Assembly (NCBI GenBank): GCA_013265495.1
Contig: MU058444.1
Location: 1,116,001-1,180,000, forward strand
Direction: 5' to 3'
Length of the DNA: 64,000 bases
From: Vicugna vicugna
Taxonomy: Eukaryota
Shown here: positions 51,290-64,000 of the stretch, piece after piece
Layout of the letters: every line of letters starts with the position of its first letter
How positions within the stretch are numbered: position 1 is the first letter of the stretch
Position numbers and translations under genes: made by a program
Notes under the pieces: model-generated
What the model was told of the DNA's origin: nothing
What the model saw: the letters and a program-made list of their open reading frames with translations, nothing else
The model's database searches: none

Positions 51290-51518
51290 CAACCAGAGGG
51301 CTAGGCAGTGATACCAACAACAAAAAGGTAGATTTGTCATCTTGAGTTGATAAAGGAGCAGTCTAAAATATATTTCAATTAAAATTAATTAAATATTACA
51401 ATCAATATTTTAAACTCTATTTTAATTGGAACTGATCATCAATGGTAACAGAAGGGCACAAAGTATAAAATGGCTCATTCTTGGAATGGTGATGCCAGTC
51501 AAGAATAAGGTGGAATTA

Positions 51519-51646
51519 GGGGGGAGGGTAGAGTGCGTGCTTAGCATGCACAAGGTCCTGGGTTCAATCCCCAGTCCCTCCTCTAAAAACAAACAAATAA
51601 ATAAACTTAATTATCCCCTCCACCAAAAATAAATTAAAAAAAATAA
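51519..51646 (+). mobile_element. tRNA-derived SINE (Vic-1-like) with box A deleted
   Basis: 'ggggagggtagagtgcgtgcttagcatgcacaaggtcctgggttcaatccccagt' lacks the tagctcagtgg seen in other copies; degenerate TSD beginning aagaataagg. Confidence 0.85.
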
Positions 51647-54600
51647 AAGAATAAGGCAGGATTGATCACTGCACTGGAAGCTTGAATTAGATACTCCAAG
51701 AACCTCATCCAATTTTGTCGCTCTACCCTACATCCACACCTGTGTATTTACAGAAATGTACTCTAGCCACGAGTATTCTATCCCTATTTTCAATCTATAT
51801 TTTAGATCTATTTTGTATGAGCCCAAAGCTACCAGTGACAGATTTCTTTTTTTTAATTTCAAGCTTTAAAAGCACTGCCTTCTAAAACAGTAATACTTAA
51901 TTGATCAAGTCCACTGTTAGTTATCAGAAATTGCATGATTTGCACTCGGATTGCTGCCTCAGTGACGATTTCCTTATTTGCAGAAACTACTAAGAAAATT
52001 GTAGAACGTTCAAGGTATTTCAGTAGTGCAGTTGAAACTCACCATGATCACCAAGCAGGCATTCAACCAAGGGGTCAGAGAGCAGATGCTGGACTTGTCA
52101 ATATGGTCCCTTGGTAACACTGAGCTTCCGGCTCTCAGCAAAGGATCAGGGCAGATGCTCTCGAAGCCATACTTTTTCGTGGGTATGTTTTCTGTTTTTG
52201 CTTTGTTTTTGTTTTTGATGTACAGAAAGCTGTACATATTTAACGCAGACAGCTTGATGAGTTTGAAGATAAACACACACCAGGAAACCATCACCAGTCT
52301 ATACCCCACGCATATCCATCCCCTCCAGAATTTCCTGCCAACTTCCATTATTGTGACTGATAAGAACACTTAACCAAAGTGCTACTCTCTGAGAAAAACT
52401 GTAAGCGAACAATTCAGCACTGTTAACAATAAGCACTGTGAGGTACAGCGGATTCCTAGGACTTCCTCATCTTGCGTTACTGGAAACTTCATACCCTTCT
52501 ACTCATACTCATAAGTTTCCGCTTCCCCCAGCCCCTGGCAACCACCGCGTGTTTGGCCACAGTGTTAGAGCATAAATCTAAGACATCACTTTAGCGTCTT
52601 TGACATTTGTGAACTAAATAAAATATGCCTCATTGATGGCATGCTATTACCATCTATAAAAAGCATCTTATTTAGTTGGTTTAGTTTTTACAACACACAT
52701 TTTAGTACTAATGGTGTTAGACCCACGATGTATGTATTTATACTTCAGCTTTTCATTTTACTAACGTACTGGTTTTTCAAACTTGTACTTGTTTATGGAT
52801 ATTTCCCTTCTTCCCAGAGCAACGCCCCTGAGCTCCGTTAGAAGGAGGTTTTCATTCTCTAATGATCTAACGGGTTCATAATATATGGGATCTCACTCGT
52901 GATCATTAGGTGAAAAAATTCAAAACTCGTGTCTAATTTGGAAATCGTCATCCCTTCAGATGAGACAATATTGACCAAATTAGAAATAACACCAACCCTG
53001 GAAGACTCAAGAAGATCATCCTTGAAGTTTCATTCTCACTAGGATGTTGTCATGGGATTGGCACTCTTTTATTCAAACATGGAAATAGGACAGTGGCGTT
53101 TTAACTATGCCATGGGATACATGAACAATGAAAAAGACAGCTCCAAAAATATATTTGAAGCATTATTCTATGAAAATGTTCATTTCATCAGGTTTTTTTC
53201 TTCCAGTCACTCTTCCAACCTCTTCCAGGTTATGTTTTAATTAAAACTTTAATTGAAGGTTTACAGCTTTTGCAGCTTGTGGTATGTTTAATTTCTATTT
53301 CAAGAATGTTGACATTTATTTTTAAACCACGACCCTGTGTCTGATCGACCACATTTTTTTTACAATGCATTTACACTTCACATAAATGATACAAAGTAGA
53401 GTTTTGGTCTGCATCAACTCTTAGGCGCTGCTACACAAGGCTTTTGGGAGCAAAAAGGAGAAATGATCACATCTTCGTAGCTCACCTGGGGAGACTGCTA
53501 TTTAAAACTGTTCTTACTGTAAGGCTGAAATTAATCTTGATTTCCCATCAAGTGTACAGGGTTTTTACAATGGAGTTCATAATAGTGTTTAATTTCTCTA
53601 GGGCACGAGTTAAGATAAACAAGTCACTGACAGTGTTTATCTATAAATACAGCAGATGGTGTGGGACCAAGGCTGGTTATTAACTCTGCCGACTTTAATT
53701 TCGTGGTTATATAACACAATAAACCTCACTGTTTATAAAAGGCGGGGGAAGACTGTCTGTCGGGCTTCAGTAGCCAAGAAACTCTCTGTAACATTAATCT
53801 CTCTAACTGATATTCGGTATCCTCTTAGGGTGCAATATTTAGGATTGTGGAGTGATTGCTAGTCACATTAAAAATTTCACTGGGATCATTCACTAGCATT
53901 TCTGTCATTGATCTATTATAACTTCGTTAATGAGTTCCATGTGAGGGAAATTTAGTGAATGAGACGATTCTTTAAGTTTTGTGAGGTGAACGTTTAACTG
54001 TTACTTTGGGCAGTTATATATCTAAATGATAGCCTAATTTATCAAAACAAGACCCTTTTCCTTACACAAAGATGAATCGTGGTACCTAACCAGGTGAAAT
54101 GTACTTAGGGACAGAATTTCATAAAGGAAGACTGGAGCATTATTGGAATAATCAGCCAATGGACAGTATATGCATTTACATTTAGGGGAGGAATCTGCAT
54201 AAATGTCACAAATGCCATAGAGCTATGAAGAAGAAAACTAATTTCTCTTTAATAGTCCAAATTTATTTAAGGACAAAATTTCATTATCGTCACATATTTC
54301 ACTAACAATCTATACCCTTCATTTGATTGAAATTAATTCTCCCCAAAAGGACCAGTTATAAAAATGGCCTTATTTGAAATAGCTTGATTTTTCCATTCTG
54401 ACTTTAGAGTGAATAACAAAATTATGTTATAACCACAAAAGTGAAAAAAAAATCACAGGGCTTATCTGCATTGCTTTTACCTTCAGAAGAGGTGGATGTT
54501 TCAGTTCCAAAGGAAATCAGACTTTTATAAATATATGATAATCCAATGGGAGTTGGGGATTAAACCAATCTTGAACTAAAAATGTCTTCACTGCTTTAGA

Positions 54601-55840
54601 GGTCAGAATCCTGGAGGACGAGTTTTCAGTGACAAAATCCTGTTACTTTTCCAAGCTCTTATATTGGACTGCTTCCCCTGGACCCACCCTGAGAATTTTA
54701 TTACTGATCTGAAACAGTCTGTGCTTTCTACCAATTATTCCTAACATGGACCCCAAACTTTGGCTTCCAAGTAGCGTCAGCTGTGTGTGGGGAGAGGACT
54801 GAATTGTTGGTTAGATATGCTCTCATCTCCCTTCCTGCTCAGAACCTACTGTCACTAGCTGTCACTGGATGGAAAGCTCTGCTATTTGATACACTCACTT
54901 CAGCAAAAAACTATCCACTCAGACTTAGACTTCCAGGTCTCAAAAAATGCACAAAACATCTACAGTAGAGGCTTTACCTCATTTCCCTCTTTTTTTAAGC
55001 CTCAAAACCCACCTGAATCATTATCATCAAAGAAATTGATTCTATTGGCATGTTTGACATTCATACTTGTGTTGAATTGAGTCAAAACTAAGAGTGATCT
55101 CAATCCAGACTTATCAATAGAAGTCACCTAAAATAGATCCATCTATAAATTCTAAGGACCACATCTCCTTGTCTTAGGAATTGGGAAGGGAGGGTGGAAA
55201 TGTGTTTAGCAAAACATGGCCAAGAAGACTAGGGCCACAGAGAGGCCAAGAGCGTCCCTTAAGAAAAGCAAAAATAGGTAAAATCAATAGAAAGTGAAGG
55301 GGTTAAAAAAAGTGACACAGAATAGGGAAACTAAGCAAAACTAAATACGGAAGTGTCTGCGTAGAGAGGTGAACAGGGAGACTGGTTTAGCGACTCTCCT
55401 TTGTGTACTTTGAGAATTCATAAATCCAGTGGGTCTTAGGGCGATGGGGTTTCATTGAAAGTACATTCAAACAATTACTCTTGTAAAGAAGGAGTCTTTT
55501 TCAATATCCCAATGGACAGCCTTAAATTACTGTTTTTCTCCCCCTGGTTTATATGTAAGGCATATTGAATTATCTTATAAAATGTAATATTTTTTCTAAT
55601 TATGGTTTGAAAAAAACAATCTCTTATTAGGAAATTGTTGGATTAAAGAGTGAAAAAAAGCTGTTAAAATTTAAGAAATGTGCTCCCACTTTTGCCACAA
55701 TCTATCATATTTTATTAAAATCATGTCGTGGAAATAAGTTCCTGCCTTACAATGTAACATAAAGCAAGCTACAACCCACGAGGTAAAAGAAATGCACGAC
55801 CTTAAATACTTTCATCTCGTTTTTTGTGATCTCCTTTCAG

Positions 55841-55936
55841 ATTATCCAACTCTGTCTGATGTCCAAGGAATTGCGTTGCGTAAAAGTAAACGTGCGAAGG
55901 AAATAACTCGCAGTGGCTTTCACTCCCCCTTCAATG
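55841..55936 (+). CDS. GFRAL: GFRAL exon 7, juxtamembrane stalk (NYPTLSDVQGIALRKSKRAKEITRSGFHSPFNG)
   Basis: ctttcag| acceptor, G|gtcagt donor, 96 nt; matches human NYPTLSNVKGMAL...GFHSPFNG. Confidence 0.95.
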
Positions 55937-56023
55937 GTCAGTCAAAAATCAATCCTCTGAAATATTTTCAGTATTTATTCTCTCTAAAAAATCCAGTCAT
56001 TCTTAAAACTCTTTTGTTTCTAG

Positions 56024-56096
56024 GAGAAGTCATCTACGCTGTCATGTGCATGACCATCACCTGCGGAATCCTTCTCTTGGTTATGTTCAAGATGAG
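56024..56096 (+). CDS. GFRAL: GFRAL exon 8, transmembrane helix (EVIYAVMCMTITCGILLLVMFKMR)
   Basis: tttctag| acceptor, AG|gtaact donor, 73 nt; matches human EVIYAAMCMTVTCGILLLVMVKLR. Confidence 0.96.
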
Positions 56097-58668
56097 GTAA
56101 CTGGGTGCAGCTCAGAAGGGAGGGGCTTGAAGGGGACCAGTCCAGTTACAGCACAGGTCACCGTGGCAGGGCTAATGCAGGGCTGAGGAGGAAACCGTCT
56201 CCGTCAAGACGTACAAAACCAACTCTTTGGTGTGGGCGAGGTCCAAGGGAACGTCGCTCTCAGTCTTCACGTGCAAGGGCACTGTGGTCACGGGGGGTCC
56301 TTCACGTTGCACTTTATAAGCACACAGGCCCTGTTCTTCCAATGGACCTGCTACCAGGCTTTCCCCTGGTTTCCCTGACATCCAAATTAAACGCTGCTAT
56401 CATCCTAACTCAGATCACTTGCAGGATTTGCCAGCTCACAGAACGCACCTGCTGGGCACGTCACACAGTTGACATTGACCCAAAGATTTACTCTTCACTA
56501 TAATTTCTTACGTACTAATGAGTTTTATTCATGTTTTAATACATAGTGATTCAATGAGACATGTAATGAGGTCTCACCAGTTACCCTTAGAAAGACTGCC
56601 TGCCTGACATTAATCTACTCTTTCCAAATCTTCTTTTTTCTCGGCTGCCCTCCTGGTGAATGCAGTAAATGCTCTAGCAGGCGTGGGAGACTTTGGGTTA
56701 GAGACACATCCTCCCCTAGATTTCCAAATGTCTAGGGTCTAAATTTTTTCCACTTACATAACATTACAAATAGATATACAGTGGTGCACAGTGGCTTATT
56801 TTTAATTTTAAAAGTAACCACATATTTAAATATCAGTGATGTTCACTTGCTTACTCATTATCCAAATGTGTATATTTTATCTAAGTTGAGTATCATGAAT
56901 ATTAATGAATAAATATATATATAGTGTGCGTGCACATGTGTGTATACACACGTATCACATATATTGATCAGTAGAATTAGGCCCAAGGGCAACAGAGGCG
57001 GTGGACATTTATCTTATGACACTCAGAGGGGAAGACTGCAAACCCTATGACCCACGTACACATGTTGCTCCTCAGACCCCAAGGTTTGATGACCTCACAG
57101 ATTAAACACAAGACTCAGTGGGGAGCCTTTTTTTTTAATTTTAATATTGTTTTCATCAAGCAACAGAGCTGTCTGAAACAGGAAGTTTTAAGACCATTAA
57201 ATAAAGCAAAATCTTACAAAGATTTTTCTGTTAGGATAGGCGCTCTGAATACATCTGTCACTACGTGGATTTGAAACTTCCAGTGGAAGTTTGGCACTAG
57301 ACTGAGCATTGGTCTAAGCCCACAATTTTCTCTTTAGTGTTTAGAAGCCCTGAACACGTTTTCCTTCAGATTAAAAAAAAAGGAGGGGGATCCCTATATA
57401 ACAGGACCTCGTTAGCTTGACACTGGGTTTGCTGAACGCAACTTGGCTTAGGTCAACCAGCAGCCCCGACAGAATTCAGACAATGGCGGTACCACGGGGT
57501 GGGACACGTGATGGATGTGTGCTCTGCCTACAGACCTTCAAACTTACTTATTTTTAAGTGTAATCCCAGCTCAACACACGCCTCTAACCATTTAATTTGA
57601 CGCTTACCAAAACCAGTACCAAACAAACTGCTTTTCTCCAAGGCCTTAAAAGTTGTATTTCCGTAAGAAGATATTCTTTTGGGTTCCAGGATGTAGTTTA
57701 AAGGCTAAATAATTAGAGTCAATTTTGAGGAGGAAAAAATAGCATTTGGACTTTATTAAACTTTCCTTTATTTGGTTTAAAATATTTGTGAGCACGTTTC
57801 ACTGACTGGGCCTGCTTTGATCTTCCATCACAGAGGTATTGTTTGAGAGGAACACAAAAATTTTCCTAGCTTAGCCAAAAATCTTATTTTATTTTATTTT
57901 AAATAATCAAGGTGTGGTCAAGTATTTTTATTTCTGTTTTTATTTATTTTTAATTTTTGGGGGAGGGAGGTAATTTAAAATCTTATTTTAAAGGTTCTCA
58001 ATCTTACTTCTTAGCCACACACATAGTGTACAAAGTTCACATCTGCCACACAGGTCCATGGTTTTTTACAGATTATGGTGCCACAGATAAATGAGGTCTA
58101 TGGTTATTCAAAATTCCCTGCATATCAGCTGTTACTCACCTCCTTGCCTGCACAGAAAGGCATGTTCTTTTACTGGATGACAATGGGAGCGTTAAGAGAC
58201 AAAAATCTTAAATATATTTGAATATGTATTTTAAAGCAAACCATTCATACTGCTAAGGATATTATATTTAGTTATATGTTATTTTCCATACAATTTAAAA
58301 TTGATCTTTACATATAATCTGAAAGATCCAGGTCTAAAGTTAAGTAAACGAAAAAATGACAAAAGTAAAAGCCGTCATGGAAGGAAGCAACAAAACAGAA
58401 CAACAGTGTCATGAACAACAAAATCTCTGTCCTAACACCCTGAAATCGGGGAGAAAAAGACTTTTTTTCTTTTTGAAAATGGTTACTTGAAGATCATAGT
58501 TACATGTACATGATACTCACCAGAATATTCTACGTTTGGAACTTTACATTTAAAAGCTTGATTATTTTCCCCTCCAGGCACAGAAACCAACCAAAAATAT
58601 AAGCGCACACACATTTGTAAAATCCTTAGAATGGCATATTGTTAACTTTTACTTTTACTTTTATATAG

Positions 58669-58762
58669 AACCTTCAGAATATCAAGTCAAACGAGAGATC
58701 CTTCGCCACTCCAAATACCTGGAGGACTCATGATTCATTCACTAAGAGTCACCGATCATTAA
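58669..58762 (+). CDS. GFRAL: GFRAL exon 9 coding part, cytoplasmic tail (TFRISSQTRDPSPLQIPGGLMIHSLRVTDH*)
   Basis: T-rich tract with atag| acceptor; matches human TSRISSKARDPSSIQIPGEL; TAA at 58760-58762. Confidence 0.93.
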
Positions 58763-58822
58763 CAATCACTGTCTTTAAAGCAAGTCTGGGTAGCCAGTCA
58801 ACGGAATATCCTACCCATCATC

Positions 58823-59468
58823 AATAAAGAAAATGTTAAGATGGATTTACTGATCCTGGAGTCTGAAGTATAATAATGTAAGGTATAATAGTATGGCATG
58901 ACATTAGATTTATTGTTTTCTTAAAATATTCAAGCCTAATTATACAGTGGTATATTTTATGGCACTAGTACAGAATTACAGAATTACCCTTGAAGGCAAA
59001 AAGTATTATTCTAAGTTATACTCTGTGTGATTTGTTTCATAATAAATGTGAATCCACATAATACTAGTTAGGTGCGTCATAATATGACGGTATTATAATT
59101 AGCAGAGGTTTTCCTGATCAGTTTCATAAGTTCCTATTACCTTATCAAAAGGAAAATGCTAATAAAAATATTCAGTGCATTTGTTATTTGTATATCCATT
59201 TCCAAATCACTTACTAAATCATTCGCATTGACTTTAAGTTTCTAAATATATTTGATTAGATGATTAGTCTTAAAAATCAGAAGTGATGTCTTCAGATTTC
59301 TGTACTTTGAAGATTGTGGAACTTTACTTCTTTGGTGTCTTTATTTTATATTCATAAAGATTTAAAGTAACTATACTGACTGAAAAATCAATGTGCATTT
59401 CAGTGATATGTTTTATTTGTAAATTTAATTTTTCTATGCTAATTATTATGAACTTCTGCAATAATAAA
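58823..59468 (+). terminator. Candidate GFRAL polyadenylation signals: AATAAA at 58823, 59041, 59161 and 59463
   Basis: Hexamers lie downstream of the stop codon in AT-rich sequence; the one used cannot be determined from sequence. Confidence 0.4.
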
Positions 59469-61089
59469 GTAACAACATAATCGTTGCTTTCTATATTATT
59501 ACTTTTGGCCTGATTTGACATTAGAGCATTATTGTCATTAGAAAATTATGAAAAGATGCTATTAAGTTTCTGATACATATATGTTTTTCAACTGTCTGCA
59601 ATCACATTAGTTCCCATTGCTAAGAGTAAATATGAGGTCGTTTTCTCTCCAGTGGTACAGAGGTACAAATATTCAAGAACCAGGGCATACCATTAATTAG
59701 TGATGTATTTACAATTAAATGTCAAACACTTTCTACCTGTTTGGTCCCATATCTCTTGCTGCTCACCCTGCTTCAGATTAAATTGTCTACGTTAAATTAA
59801 ATTTGAAGTTGACATTTGGCTATGTTTACTCAGAGGAATTGAAAAGCCATCCTTTATCTTTTAAAATAGGGAAGACTCATTAGGTGAGCCACAAATCTCC
59901 CTCAAGGAGCTCCACATATGCCATTGGCTGTTAACGCTCTAAGTTATGTGAGAAGAATACAGATATTTCCATCTACAAATCCCTGCCATTGAACTCAGGC
60001 TCGCTAATGCCTGGAAAAACATGAACTGTTCTCTAGAAAACCAAGGAAAGAAGGCAAACTGCTTTTAGAAATATGTTAGTGTTGAGCAAGGAAGTGGAGG
60101 ACAGAGTATGAAATGGAAAGGCTAAATGAATGTTTCCCGGATAGTAATAAGAGAGAACACCAGGGGTTCCTGATGCCAAATAAGGTACCATCAGGACAGA
60201 AGGTTAATGCTTAAAGGTGAGATACAATATATGAAGAAAAACACTGGGAAACAAAATTTCCACAAAGAGGAAATTCAGAAGGAGTACATGTCTGTTAGAA
60301 GCAATCTTCAGAGACACTCATTCTTTTTGGATCACTGACTCAAAATTAGTCTCTGTAAGTAATAAGCGATTGGACTAAAACAGTGGAATTTAAAGATACA
60401 TAATAGGAAAGCATGCTTTGTTAATGTTCCTAGTTCCTCCATAATAGAAGTCTTCCTCTATTTGAAGATAAGTTTTGAGGGATTTGACAGAGCACAGTGG
60501 TTGGCTGGAATGTAAAGATTTATCTAGCATTTCCATGTTTGTTTTAAACCTTGATGGAATGACGACCAGGAGTGAGCAGAACTGGGCGTCCTCAGCATTA
60601 CTGGTGGCCATGTTGAAACGCACAAGGATTATTTATTGTAAGAATTATAGGGGATAGTCTACCCGTTGTGTTAGTTCTTATTTCAGCCATATGATTAGGT
60701 AATAAAGAAAAGGAAATATCATTCTATAGACTCATCTGGTTGTCTTGCAAATGCTGTAAGTTTCTTTCATCACAGGTATTAATCCTCTGCCATCTGTTCT
60801 TTCTCCTCCCTGCTATCTTTATTCCTCTAAATTTTTATTTTCAAGTCTTATAAAGGATGGGAGGGAAACAAGCTCAGGAAAGGAGAAATCAGTTAGCAAC
60901 AGCAAACTGTGAAATGGTTAACAAAGAGGCACTGCCTCTGTTCTTATGAACACTTAGGTCAACTCGTTGAGTCATTTCATATCCCATTCTCTTCCACAAA
61001 TGCATTTCAAGTGAAATAACTTATAAAGTAAAATAAGTACATTCCTCAGCCTATAAACTATCAGCCTGAAGACAGTAAGACATCAAAGG

Positions 61090-61403
61090 TGAAATCACCT
61101 CACACCTATTAGAATCAAAAAGATGAGAAATAATCATTGACGAGGGTGTAGAGAAAAAGGAACCCTCTCACACTGTTGGTGGGAATGTAAATTACTACAA
61201 TCATTATGAAAAATAGTAAGGAGTTTCCTAAAAAATTAAAAATAGATCTATCATATGATCCATCAATCCCACTTCTGGGTATATACCCAAAGGAAATGAA
61301 ATCAGAATCTTGAAGATCTATCTGCACTCCCATGCTCATTACAGCATGATAGCCAAGAGATGGAAATAGCCTAAGTGTCCATGTGTGGATGGATGAATAA
61401 AGT

Positions 61404-61452
<49 letters not shown>

Positions 61453-61970
61453 AATATTATTCAGCCATAAAAAAGGAAAAGCCTGTCATTTACAACAACA
61501 TGGATGGAACTTGAGGGCATTATGCTAAGTGAAATAAGTTAGGCAGAGAAAAGACAACCTTTATATGACATCACTGATATGTGGAAACTAAAAAAGTTGA
61601 TCTTGTAGAAGCAGAGTAGAATGGTGGTTGCGAGGGGCTGCAGACTGGAGGAAATGGAGAGACATTGGTCAAAGGGTACAAACTTCCAGTTACAAGATGA
61701 ATGAGTTCCAGGCAGTTCCAGGCAGTAATGTACAGCATGGTGACTCTAGTTAACAATACTGTATTTTATACTTGAAAGTTGCCAGGAGAGTAGATCTTAA
61801 ATGTTCTCACCACAAACAAGAAACAGTAATCATGTGAGGTGATGCAAGTGTTAACTAACCCTAGTGTGGCAATTATTTCTCAATATATGTGTATCAAATC
61901 ACCACACTGTACTTCTAAATTTACCCAATGTTGTTATGTCAATTATATCTCAATAAAGCTCGAGAAAAAA
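61090..61970 (+). mobile_element. L1MA-like 3' fragment with embedded (CA)n at ~61407-61450
   Basis: 'ggaaccctctcacactgttggtgggaatgtaaatta', 'tggatggaacttgagggcattatgctaagtgaaataag' and terminal 'tgtcaattatatctcaataaagct'. Confidence 0.9.
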
Positions 61971-64000
61971 GAATTCATCTTGATTAGCAATCATATCCAA
62001 AAACAGATTCTACATGTTTGAGTCTTTGAATCATTCAGGAGGAAAGAAGAGAAAGAGAATTATTAGGAAATAATTTATATTTTTACATAAATATTCAGAA
62101 AATTGGTAAGAATAACCAGATTTGGGTTATGGGTCTACCAGCGATATGGACTGAGCTTTAAGATACGGGGGCATCATCAGTGTGGGGTGTTTGATATAAT
62201 GCATGTCTGGATGTGCAGCACTTGGGGAAGTTGGCTTTTGCCACCTGCATTTCAACTTATTCAGCTTCCCTGAGTGATTGGGAGGCAAAAGTAAACAAAG
62301 AATAAAACATTGAAAAATGAATATTTAGGGGTTGAAGGAGACAAACAGTCCCTTTTATCTGAAAGGATACCATTTTATAAGGCATCATTCTTACCCTCTG
62401 TAGCTCTGAGTATGTGGCTTGGGGACATTCTATATGTTATTACGACTCTAAATTTACGATAGTGGCAGTTCTAATATTTCGCCTGGTGACTGATCTAACA
62501 AAGGAACATGTGAAAACAGTTCTGAGTAATCAAAGCAACTTAAAAGACAGTCAAGGATCCAAACATTACACCGTTGCCTTACAACATCTTAGAGCAGGTA
62601 TGTAAAGGCAATGGATATTTATGTGTATTTATTCACGGTCTGGTCTCAGAAGCCTCTGTCCCCACTGATGATGAGAAAGGTAACCAATATGCTTATTCAG
62701 ATTAACTCAGTTCTCTAGGAAAGCCAATCAGCTATCTTAACTTTGAATTCCTAATTAGGGGACATCTCAGCTCTTTTTCTCTTCTTCTGCAAGGGGGTGT
62801 ATTTGCGAATGGAGAGCTTACCTAGGTGGACATGCCGCCTCCCGTATCTTTGCTGGTTTCTGCTGTGGAGTGACTGTGCCGTCTGGTCTCTGGTCACATT
62901 GTAGCAGAGTCTGTTGAGGACTCATGCTTTGGGCACCACAGCTCCTTGTCCAGGCTTCCAGCTGGGACGGGACGTATCCCTACACAGTGGCTTTGGTCTT
63001 CTAAGGCTGGGTCTCTTCTGGCTCCCCAGAGAGGATCTCAGCACCCCTGCATTCCTCTGCAGGGCAAAATAATCAGCTGCTTTCTGTGCCCTTTGCTATA
63101 TCATGCAGTATTTTCTTGACGCTATAACTTCAAGTCCCTCCTTCGCCATGGCTTCCTTCCTGCTAGCATCCCAGTGCCGTGCAGATTTGGTGATATAATT
63201 CATGAACAGCTTTGCTGAGAGGAAAGAAGGAAGGCCTGTACTGGGATTTTCCCCAAACTTATATGAGTGTAAGTGTTGTTCCTTACTTCTGCCCTGGTCC
63301 CAAACGCTCATGAGACCTGCCATGGATGGGACGGGGTGGTGAGCGGGAGAGGGGGCGGCAGTGGTTAGGAAGGAGTCGGGATGGGCTGCCACAGCTGAAC
63401 CTCTTGCCTCTGCCTTTCTCCTCCCCCATCTCTCCAAGGCTGCTATCTAAATGGGACTCTTCTTGCTCCACATCCTCCATATTTTTTCACTCAGACTTTC
63501 AGTGCAGCTGTATGACTCAAGTCTACCAGAGTTGGATCACGATATGCACAAGGAAGTTTTTAGAACTTAGAAAACGCTGCTCTCTTAACAAAGCGTGGCT
63601 TTCAATGCCCTGATTCCTTTATGTGCGTAAAAAGGCTAGAGTTTAAGCTCCCACTGAACAATGACTTCTTTGTCCTAAGACTGTGCCCACACTTTTTCAG
63701 GAGTAATGAATACGTGTTGCTTCGCTGGTTTTGGACCTGCAGAGAATCATGATTCAAGGCAAATGAAGAAAAAAATATGATGGCTTAAGAATTTCCATTA
63801 TGTTCTTATTACACGCATACAACGGTTCAACAGAAAACTGGAGTTATTAAAGCAGAAATAAGGACAAGGGAAATGAGAAGAAAAGAAATGAGGTGATGAG
63901 AGGAAATGAGAAAAGAAAAAGGAAAAAAAGGAGAACAAGGTGCCAAAGGACATCACAAATTGGCCCTGCTTCTCTTTTTCCATTTTCTATGTTATCTTCC

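Larger units (their letters stand above)
6446..58762 (+). other. GFRAL: GFRAL gene span (GDNF family receptor alpha-like, GDF15 receptor), start codon to stop codon
   Basis: Exon translations match recalled human/mouse GFRAL from the signal peptide through the Cys-rich domains, TM helix and tail. Splice phases are compatible throughout. Spliced CDS with the extra exon and without linker exon 4 is 1566 nt = 521 aa + stop. Confidence 0.97.

Noticed and set aside
6446..58762. GFRAL as a pseudogene, given the broken exon 4 donor and the D1 Cys losses
   Set aside because: No frameshifts or premature stops in the other exons, D2/D3 cysteines and TM helix are intact, exon 4 is skippable in frame, and the Cys losses are paired.

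Overview
Mammalian genomic DNA, probably a camelid (inferred from Vic-1-like tRNA-derived SINEs). The window holds the complete coding region of GFRAL, the GDF15 receptor, on the + strand from ATG 6446 to TAA 58762. All nine exons of the human/mouse gene as I recall it can be placed at base resolution. The main result is an additional intact 411-nt exon (16169-16579), missed by the ORF track, that encodes a complete fourth GFRalpha-type 10-cysteine domain between D1 and D2. The canonical short linker exon 4 (18318-18374) has GA instead of GT at its donor. D1 has lost both cysteines of one predicted disulfide (C5-C10). The most parsimonious product is a ~521-aa four-domain GFRAL, against 394 aa and three domains in human. 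The rest is intronic or intergenic sequence with L1, L2, MIR, LTR, DNA-transposon and SINE fragments, microsatellites and three assembly gaps. Human/mouse protein comparisons and repeat family names come from memory, not database searches.
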